A stretch of DNA of 64,000 bases, from the IMG/VR virus record IMGVR_UViG_3300044732_000442, positions 52,116-116,115 of that record, one strand, 5' to 3'. Below the pieces are notes generated by a model. The model worked only from the letters and a program-made list of their open reading frames with translations. It was not told where the DNA came from and ran no database searches. A program made the position numbers and the translations under genes. Within the stretch, counting starts at the first letter, position 1; each line of letters begins with the position of its first letter. The DNA comes from a virus. Below, piece after piece: positions 57,323 to 64,000 of the stretch.

Positions 57323-57814
57323 ATGGCTACTCGCTCTACAATTGCATTAGAATTCGCTGATGGTACTATCGGTCAGGTGTACAGTCACTGGGATGGTTAT
57401 TTGGCTCACAACGGTAAAATGTTGATGGAGTATTATTCTAATCCCTTTATCTTGCGTGACTTGATTGACCTCGGTGACTTGTCTAGTTTGCGTCCACAAA
57501 TTGGTACAAAGCATCCCTTCAGTCACTATGATGTGGAAGACATGACATTGGTTGAATATTCTCATTTGTATAAAGACATGACTACATTCTATGGTCGTGA
57601 TCGTGGTGAAGTAGGTTCCGAGGCTCGCTATTACAATGATATCAATGATTATTTTAATAAGTGCGAACATCAGGAATATGATTATATCCTGCGCAACATT
57701 GATGGCAAAGCTGTTTGGTTTGTTTGTGACCACGACGGAGCCTTTGTTACATTAGAGTCTGCAATTAAAGACGAACAAGACCGTATTGCACAAGAAGAAA
57801 CAGAGGTAGCTTAA
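57323..57814 (+). CDS. Early hypothetical protein
   Basis: MATRSTI...YSHWDGY...YGRDRGE...EYDY. Confidence 0.7.
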   Translation: MATRSTIALEFADGTIGQVYSHWDGYLAHNGKMLMEYYSNPFILRDLIDLGDLSSLRPQIGTKHPFSHYDVEDMTLVEYSHLYKDMTTFYGRDRGEVGSEARYYNDINDYFNKCEHQEYDYILRNIDGKAVWFVCDHDGAFVTLESAIKDEQDRIAQEETEVA

Positions 57815-57815
57815 T

Positions 57816-58148
57816 ATGGAAGCAGTAGTAGAAACAACAGTTTGGAATGATAGTAACAATGCTAATCATACTTACTTACTTGACGGATCCAAAATGGTTG
57901 CGTACATCAAGGTTGGTTCTACTACTCCTCATTACTTTAAAAACCCGATCACAATAGATAAACGTGGTCGTAAGTTTGTAACAGCAAAGCCAAATCCTTT
58001 CAAAGAAGTAAAAGAAAAGAGTACAATCATCAAAGTGTCAGGTAGTAAAGGCAATGTCTATTCTATTGATACTGATGAAAAAACTTGTACGTGCCCGGGA
58101 TGGACATATCGTGGTACGTGTAAACATATAACAGAATTGGTTAAATGA
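57816..58148 (+). CDS. SWIM zinc-finger protein
   Basis: GSKGNVY...CTCPGWTYRGTCKH. Confidence 0.75.
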   Translation: MEAVVETTVWNDSNNANHTYLLDGSKMVAYIKVGSTTPHYFKNPITIDKRGRKFVTAKPNPFKEVKEKSTIIKVSGSKGNVYSIDTDEKTCTCPGWTYRGTCKHITELVK

Positions 58149-58993
58149 AAATCGCATTGTGCAGTGACCTGCATTTAGAGTTTGAAGATATTGACCTCAA
58201 GAATAGTGAAGATGCTGAGGTCCTTATCCTATCGGGCGATATTATGTTAGCAGAAGATTTACATAATCATCCCCCAACTGTAATTAGTCCATATGAATCT
58301 TATACTGAATTAGGCACAAGACAAAAAGCCGCACAAAGGTTTCGTGCTTTCCTTACTAGAGTAAGCAATGAATTCCCTCATGTTGTTTATATTGCAGGTA
58401 ATCATGAATTCTATCACGGACGCTGGAGTGCTAGCTTAGATCACCTGCGTGAAGCATGTGCGGCTTATCCTAATGTTTACTTCCTTGAAAACGACATTAA
58501 GGTTATCAATGAAGTGTCCTTTATTGGTGCTACGTTGTGGACTGATTGTAATAAAGGTGATCCATTAACACTACATTCGTTAAGTGATATGATGAATGAT
58601 TATAGGGTAATTCGTAATGATGAGCATGGATATACTAAGTTACGTCCAGCACATACTGTACACCGTCATCAACAAACACTAAGTTACTTGAAACAAGTGT
58701 TAGCTGATATGAAGGATAAGAAAGTTGTATTTGTAGGACATCATGCACCTAGTGCAATGAGTACCCATGACAGATATAAACATAATGTTCATTATGTAAT
58801 GAATGGTGGTTATCATAGTGAATTGAGTGAATTCATGTTAGATCATCCACAAATTACCCTATGGACTCATGGACACATGCATGACCCATTTGATTATAAT
58901 ATTGGCACTACCAGAGTGGTATGTAATCCTCGTGGTTACAAGGGTGCTGATCCTCAAGCCGATGTGTTTGAGTTAAAGTTTTTGGACATCTAA
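58145..58993 (+). CDS. Calcineurin-like metallophosphoesterase
   Basis: SDLH, GDI, GNHE, HHAP, HGHMH and NPRGY motifs. Confidence 0.9.
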   Translation: MKIALCSDLHLEFEDIDLKNSEDAEVLILSGDIMLAEDLHNHPPTVISPYESYTELGTRQKAAQRFRAFLTRVSNEFPHVVYIAGNHEFYHGRWSASLDHLREACAAYPNVYFLENDIKVINEVSFIGATLWTDCNKGDPLTLHSLSDMMNDYRVIRNDEHGYTKLRPAHTVHRHQQTLSYLKQVLADMKDKKVVFVGHHAPSAMSTHDRYKHNVHYVMNGGYHSELSEFMLDHPQITLWTHGHMHDPFDYNIGTTRVVCNPRGYKGADPQADVFELKFLDI

Positions 58994-59090
58994 ATTAAAC
59001 TAGGTGACCAAAAGATATTGTATATAACTACTAGTTGTTATACAATAGTAACACGTTGTGAGAACAGCGAAATTTTTAAAGGAAAATAAA

Positions 59091-59351
59091 ATGACATTAA
59101 CTAAACAAGCACGCCTTATTCAGGCATTTGAGCAAGGTGCAGAATTGACTGCAAAGCAAATTACCCAACGTTTTGGATTTGCTAACCCAACAGCTACAGT
59201 AAGCGATTTGCGCTTGCGTGGCGGTTTGGCAATCTACGCTAACAAGCGTACAAACAAACTTGGTGGTACTTACACTAAGTATCGTTTGGGTACACCAAGT
59301 CGTGAAGTTGTAGCCGCTGGTTACAAGGCCATGGCAATGGGCCTTGTTTAA
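59091..59351 (+). CDS. Small winged-HTH-like protein
   Basis: LTAKQITQRFG.ANPTATVSDLR...YRLGTP. Confidence 0.6.
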   Translation: MTLTKQARLIQAFEQGAELTAKQITQRFGFANPTATVSDLRLRGGLAIYANKRTNKLGGTYTKYRLGTPSREVVAAGYKAMAMGLV

Positions 59352-59372
59352 TCTCAAATTTGAGATGTGAAT

Positions 59373-59396
59373 AAAGGGTGATTCGTCACCCTTTTT
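59373..59396 (+). terminator. Rho-independent terminator
   Basis: AAAGGGTGA-TTCG-TCACCCTTTTT. Confidence 0.85.
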
Positions 59397-59460
59397 CTGC
59401 CTTTAGCCTTGTGTTTAATTCAATTGTATGTTATAATAGTCTATCAGATAGGAGATAGTA

Positions 59461-59976
59461 ATGAGTTTATTTCACAAAATTATGAATAAGTTAGGTCGTT
59501 ATCGTTTGATCCCTGATCGTAGGACAGGACTAGATTACATGCATAGGTATTATTTGTTTCTTAAAGACCGTAATTGGTTCCCCTTCAACATTACATTACA
59601 TAAGATTGTTCGTAGTGATGATCCTATATTTCATGACCATCCATGGTCTTATATGACTATCGTTCTTAAGGGTGGTTATTGGGAGCATACCCCAGTGTTT
59701 GATGATAACGGTAAAATGCTTACAGAATTTCAAACGTGGCGTGGTCCAGGTAGTATTATCAAACGTGGCGCAGGCGAATATCATTGGCTTGAACTAGATG
59801 GTGAAGAACCAGCAACAACATTATTTTTCATGGGAAAACAACAACGTGAATGGGGCTTTCTAGTACAAGCAAAGAAGGGCATACATCGTTGGATTAAACA
59901 TGAACATTACTTGACTGATTGGAAACCCTATCACGAAAAATACGTAATGAGTAAGGCAAATAGGAAACAAAAATGA
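59461..59976 (+). CDS. Cupin-like protein
   Basis: LHKI..SD..FHDHPW...GGYWE...H.LEL. Confidence 0.65.
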   Translation: MSLFHKIMNKLGRYRLIPDRRTGLDYMHRYYLFLKDRNWFPFNITLHKIVRSDDPIFHDHPWSYMTIVLKGGYWEHTPVFDDNGKMLTEFQTWRGPGSIIKRGAGEYHWLELDGEEPATTLFFMGKQQREWGFLVQAKKGIHRWIKHEHYLTDWKPYHEKYVMSKANRKQK

Positions 59977-60136
59977 TTTTATTAAACATAGGAGTGGTAT
60001 TGTTCTTTGGTTATTTACTAATAACTAAGGATTATACTAACAGTCCTAAATGGATGTATTACATGGATGGGTTAGTTTTTGCAGTTAATTTTGCAATAGT
60101 TTTTTTATATATAACTAATATGATTGGATTTTAATA

Positions 60137-60367
60137 ATGTTTATCTCTCTTACAAATGCCAGTGATGCACACAAAGGCAATAAAATTGCAATCAATATTG
60201 ATTTGATTGCAACAGTGTATAATACTCCCAATCTTGCTAAAAAAGAAGATGGGATAATTGAAAATATTACTTATGTTTTCTGTCCTCCCCATGGTATTTG
60301 GGAAGTACAAGAATCATTAGATGAAGTGGTAGCAGAATTAAATAACTACAGATGGAATAACAAATGA
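60137..60367 (+). CDS. Hypothetical protein
   Basis: ORF; WEVQESLDEVV. Confidence 0.55.
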   Translation: MFISLTNASDAHKGNKIAINIDLIATVYNTPNLAKKEDGIIENITYVFCPPHGIWEVQESLDEVVAELNNYRWNNK

Positions 60368-60645
60368 ACGAAGATACAAGAGAAATTCTTTTAATCTTAC
60401 AGGAAGAATGTGCTGAAGTTACACAGGCTGTAAGCAAGTGTTTTAGATTTGGACCAGATCAAATAAAACCAAATAAACCAATGACTAATATCCAAATGCT
60501 TGAAGAAGAATTGGGTGATCTATTGGCTATGGTTGAGTTGATTACAGATAACAATGTGGGTATTACAGTTCAAGGTTTAGAGACGGCCAAAAAGAATAAA
60601 TTTAAGAAATTAAAGAAGTGGTCTAACTTAACTATTAATAAATAA
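60364..60645 (+). CDS. MazG-like NTP pyrophosphohydrolase
   Basis: LQEECAEV.QAVSK...LEEELGDL motifs. Confidence 0.8.
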   Translation: MNEDTREILLILQEECAEVTQAVSKCFRFGPDQIKPNKPMTNIQMLEEELGDLLAMVELITDNNVGITVQGLETAKKNKFKKLKKWSNLTINK

Positions 60646-60649
60646 CATT

Positions 60650-60976
60650 ATGACATTACTTGATATCATTCTTATTTTAGCCTTAGGTTGGGTTATGGGC
60701 GAGTTCTATACCATGTATAAATTACGCAAAAACATTCGTTCATATCTTATCATACAAGAAGAAACTAGACCCACTGTTTTTAAATTAGAGACAGAACTAG
60801 TGGACAATACAATATTGTTATATGACCGTGACACAAATGATTTTATTTGTCAAGGAAATTCACTAGAGCAACTAGCACAACTAAGTAGAGAATACAAGAA
60901 AATTGAATATGCTACAGTAAAGCACGGAGATTATTTTGTTGCATTTATTGAAGGCAAGGTAACTGAAAAAGTATGA
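60650..60976 (+). CDS. Membrane-anchored hypothetical protein
   Basis: N-terminal TM; TAAATA 5 nt upstream. Confidence 0.6.
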   Translation: MTLLDIILILALGWVMGEFYTMYKLRKNIRSYLIIQEETRPTVFKLETELVDNTILLYDRDTNDFICQGNSLEQLAQLSREYKKIEYATVKHGDYFVAFIEGKVTEKV

Positions 60977-61509
60977 AAATAAATATTGGCAAGTATCCTA
61001 AAAAAGGAACTCGCAGAAAAATCAATGTACAAGTTGATAGATTTGATACATGGGGACTAGACCACACTCTAGCTACTATTATCTATCCAGCATTGATTCA
61101 ATTGAAACAAACCAAACAGGGTATCCCTCATGATTTCGTAGATGTTGGTGGCGAGGAATATAGTACACAACAAAGCTTTGATTTCTATATTGAATCACAC
61201 GATGAAGCATGGAATGACGGTGCTAAACGTTGGGATGAAACATTAGATAAAATGATTTGGAGTTTTCAACAAATAGCATTTGAAGATTATGGTGACAAAT
61301 ATCATCATGGTAAAAGTGACTATGATTGGGTCAAAAGTGATAAAACATACCCTAATCCTATGACAGGTAAAGTAGAAGATACATGGCAAATGGTTGATAA
61401 AAATCCCGATGACCACTTCTATGATGCTGAAGGTCATCAACTACATGAGGAACGTATCCAAGAAGGTTTGGATTTATTTGGAAAATACTTTAGAGCTTTA
61501 TGGGATTAA
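60973..61509 (+). CDS. Hypothetical phage protein
   Basis: DTWGLDHTLA...LDKMIWSF...GLDLFGKYF..LWD. Confidence 0.7.
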   Translation: MKINIGKYPKKGTRRKINVQVDRFDTWGLDHTLATIIYPALIQLKQTKQGIPHDFVDVGGEEYSTQQSFDFYIESHDEAWNDGAKRWDETLDKMIWSFQQIAFEDYGDKYHHGKSDYDWVKSDKTYPNPMTGKVEDTWQMVDKNPDDHFYDAEGHQLHEERIQEGLDLFGKYFRALWD

Positions 61510-61752
61510 TTGATGTTTGATAAAATGGCGCAACAACTAGACTTACAAACTTTAGGTAAAGGACAAAAAGAGTTTAAAATTACAAAGGAAGAATTTGACG
61601 ATTTTTGCAAAGAGTTTCTATTTGAACAACTCAAAGGTGAGTACAGATTAGGTGAAGTTTTTTGCAAAAAATATAATGAATCAAATTATGTACTAAGTAT
61701 CTTACCCGATAGTAGTGCAAAAATACATATTAAGAAATTCTACGTTAAATGA
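61510..61752 (+). CDS. Hypothetical protein
   Basis: Coupled ORF. Confidence 0.5.
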   Translation: MMFDKMAQQLDLQTLGKGQKEFKITKEEFDDFCKEFLFEQLKGEYRLGEVFCKKYNESNYVLSILPDSSAKIHIKKFYVK

Positions 61753-62249
61753 AATCTAAGTTTATAGACTATTACATGGATATAGCTGAACTGACAAGTA
61801 AATTAAGTTCAGCAATCAGATTAAATGTTGGTGCAGTTATCGTTAAAGGTAATAAGATTCTAGGTACAGGATATAATGGCATGCCAACTGGATGGACTAA
61901 CGAATGTGAATATAAAGAATATATGCCCGGTGATGTTTGGGATGGACAACTATATCCACATGAAGAATATGACAGTACCGTTGAGAGTAATCGTAGATAT
62001 CGGTTAGTTACTAAGGATGAGGTCCTTCACGCTGAGATGAACGTAATTTCAAAAGTGTCCGCAAGTACAGAATCTAGTGAGGGTGCTACATTATTTGTTA
62101 CACATGCTCCTTGCATACATTGTGCTAAAGCCATTTATCAATCTGGTATCAAACAAGTTTATTACCGAGATGCATATAGAGATGCAAGAGGATTAGAATT
62201 TTTAGAACAAGGTGGTGTGAATGTCACCCGATACCCAATACAAAACTGA
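61749..62249 (+). CDS. dCMP deaminase
   Basis: VGAVIV, GYNG, LHAEMN and PCIHC motifs. Confidence 0.92.
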   Translation: MKSKFIDYYMDIAELTSKLSSAIRLNVGAVIVKGNKILGTGYNGMPTGWTNECEYKEYMPGDVWDGQLYPHEEYDSTVESNRRYRLVTKDEVLHAEMNVISKVSASTESSEGATLFVTHAPCIHCAKAIYQSGIKQVYYRDAYRDARGLEFLEQGGVNVTRYPIQN

Positions 62250-62424
62250 AATATCAATCGGCTACGGAGAATTAAAACCTGTCATTGAATGGTGTCAGAG
62301 AAACTGCGCCAATGATTGGGGATATAATTGCCTAGAATTTGCAGGCGGCAGTGATGGTGGATTATATGATTTCTATTTTGAAACAGAATCCGATTACATA
62401 AACTTTATACTTTGGAAAAAATGA
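62221..62424 (+). CDS. Hypothetical protein
   Basis: WC..NC..DW...FYFE.E.D...FILW. Confidence 0.55.
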   Translation: MSPDTQYKTEISIGYGELKPVIEWCQRNCANDWGYNCLEFAGGSDGGLYDFYFETESDYINFILWKK

Positions 62425-62690
62425 AATACTATACTTTTTACCGTGAAAACAATAACTTCACAGATATACTAACAGACAACAACATTAAGAAAGTGGTTGA
62501 TATGAAAATATCATGGCATAGACATTTAATGATTGGGATGCAAGCAACTACTAATAGCGGCACGTTTAGCTATATTACATTGAAGTATGGTGATGAGATG
62601 ATACCTAGTTTAACAAAAGACTATAGTCCAGTACCCGGGGTTGATTATGTACCTAAGAAAGATATCACTAAGTTTGAAAATAAAGATTAA
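62412..62690 (+). CDS. Hypothetical protein
   Basis: Coupled ORF. Confidence 0.5.
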   Translation: MEKMKYYTFYRENNNFTDILTDNNIKKVVDMKISWHRHLMIGMQATTNSGTFSYITLKYGDEMIPSLTKDYSPVPGVDYVPKKDITKFENKD

Positions 62691-63418
62691 TAAAGCATAG
62701 ATAGCATCTTAGCTTCTGGGATACGAGTTTTAGTATTCTTTGAACCCAACAGGACTACGGTCCTGATTCCATTTACAGTATTAATCATCATAACAATACA
62801 TCCACCTGATTTAGTAATCCATCCTGTCTTGCTTACTATAAACGAATTGTTTGGTCCTACTAGTGTATTAGTATTTCTAAACTCTATATTTTTCTTCTTA
62901 TTGATACTCCAACGTACTGCGTCCATATTACTAGCTTCTACTATCAATGGATACTTGCTGGCTGCGAATACAAGTTTAATTAAATCTTGTGCTGTACTAA
63001 CGTTTGTAGCTAACAATCCAGTAGGGTCGGTAAAGGTACTGTTAATCATTTGTAATGACGTTGCTTTAGTGTTCATTGCACTGATACAGTTATCATATCC
63101 TCCCGGATAGTAATCGCATAATAGTTTGGCAGCGGAATTATCTGATTTAACGATTGCCAAATCAATAAGTATTTCTCTAGTAAGTTGTTTGTTGTAGAGT
63201 TTTTTTGGAATGATTTCTGTAAGTGATTGACCACTATCTAGCACAACCATTGCAGTCATTAGTTTAGTGATACTAGCTATGCTACGTATTTCGGACATAT
63301 TAGAAGCTTCAAATATTCTACCATTACTATCAGCGACTATCCAAGCTTGTGCAGTTAATGGTGTAGCGTATGCAGATGAAGCTGTTAGTGCCAGTACTGT
63401 AATTAATTTTTTAATCAT
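62687..63418 (-). CDS. D-alanyl-D-alanine carboxy/endopeptidase (peptidase S11, PbpG-like)
   Basis: Signal peptide; SITK, SDN and KTG catalytic motifs. Confidence 0.9.
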   Translation of the reverse strand: MIKKLITVLALTASSAYATPLTAQAWIVADSNGRIFEASNMSEIRSIASITKLMTAMVVLDSGQSLTEIIPKKLYNKQLTREILIDLAIVKSDNSAAKLLCDYYPGGYDNCISAMNTKATSLQMINSTFTDPTGLLATNVSTAQDLIKLVFAASKYPLIVEASNMDAVRWSINKKKNIEFRNTNTLVGPNNSFIVSKTGWITKSGGCIVMMINTVNGIRTVVLLGSKNTKTRIPEAKMLSMLY

Positions 63419-63732
63419 ATTGATGTTCCTGTCTTATAATTAATTAATTTAATATCAGTACCCATTCCAACGATACAGCTTATATCTTTTGAAGTAGCAA
63501 CGATTGTCCAATTCTTATCAGTGGGGTTCATCCAAACACTGAGAGTTGATTTAGCTATATCTGTTACCTTGCCTGTTAGTAGAGGCAGTTCTTTATATTT
63601 TTCTCTAAGATTTTTAAATAGGTCTGTTGTGTTGTAGCAGGGTAGTTCTGCTTCTATGGTTTCTTTTAGTTCTTGTGAATAGGAGCAGGTTGATATTCCT
63701 AAAGTTAGTAGTATTAGATAAAGTGATTTCAA
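63415..63732 (-). CDS. Secreted hypothetical protein
   Basis: Signal-like N-terminus; WTIV....CIVGMG. Confidence 0.6.
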   Translation of the reverse strand: MKSLYLILLTLGISTCSYSQELKETIEAELPCYNTTDLFKNLREKYKELPLLTGKVTDIAKSTLSVWMNPTDKNWTIVATSKDISCIVGMGTDIKLINYKTGTSI

Positions 63733-63794
63733 TATATTCTCCTATTCGTTATAGTATATCATACAACTAGAGAATATACTAATCAGATTTACCC

Positions 63795-64000
63795 TTAGAA
63801 GGTGATTGAACCACTAGTGGTCCAGGTATATACTCTATATCCGCCTGCTACAGTTATTGTTGGACTACCAGTTGTACTTGTTGCCGCGGGATAACTATCT
63901 GCATAACGAATTATTACTATACCGGAACCACCTGGGCCGCCATAAGAAGTTGGTCCACCGTTGCCGCCCCCTCCACCCCCTCCACCACCAGAGTTTGCTC
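63795..64000 (-). CDS. 3' end of a glycine-rich fibre-like protein (partial)
   Basis: ANSGGGGGGGGG...GGSGIVIIRY...YRVYTWTTSGSITF-stop. Confidence 0.75.
   Translation of the reverse strand, partial: ANSGGGGGGGGGNGGPTSYGGPGGSGIVIIRYADSYPAATSTTGSPTITVAGGYRVYTWTTSGSITF

Noticed and set aside
1-64000. Stop-codon reassignment (alternative genetic code)
   Set aside because: Conserved genes (polB, dnaK, clpX, ligase) are full length in code 11, and TAG/TGA end genes at sensible positions.
1-64000. tRNA, rRNA or tmRNA genes
   Set aside because: No cloverleaf with a TTCGA T-loop or other recognisable structural RNA was seen in the short intergenic gaps by eye; tRNAscan would be needed to be certain.

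Overview
AT-rich, gene-dense 64-kb segment of a large T4-like (jumbo/huge) dsDNA bacteriophage, standard genetic code. DnaK and bS21 sequences resemble those of Betaproteobacteria, which suggests the host (inference). From left to right: (1) 1-6 kb, virion-internal-type proteins with T4-like capsid-targeting N-termini and repeated (L/I/V/M)-x-E linkers, plus Dps, a GH19 muramidase and a secreted SNase. (2) 6-10.4 kb, five paralogous beta-propeller-like repeat genes with constant scaffolds and variable loops. (3) TilS, DsbA-like protein, family B DNA polymerase and probable clamp. (4) 15-25.5 kb, a 7-deazaguanine DNA-modification cluster (DpdA, DpdL-like, FolE, QueD, QueE; no QueC/QueF in the window) interleaved with two GT-B glycosyltransferases, two cytidylyltransferases and an NDP-sugar epimerase, with a preQ1-I-like RNA element before queD. 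(5) UvsE, RNase H, DNA ligase and many small genes. (6) A proteostasis/translation block (ClpX, bS21, HNH, DnaK, sHSP, ClpS, ClpP) with ROSE-like thermometers. (7) Arrays of single early genes each headed by the same ~55-bp sigma70 promoter repeat. (8) MazG, dCMP deaminase, a D-Ala-D-Ala peptidase and the 3' end of a Gly-rich fibre gene. Top candidates for new biology: a sugar-hypermodified deazaguanine pathway, and capsid-packaged polyproteins whose protease processing would expose cryptic Tat signal peptides. All annotations are by motif recognition only; no searches were run.
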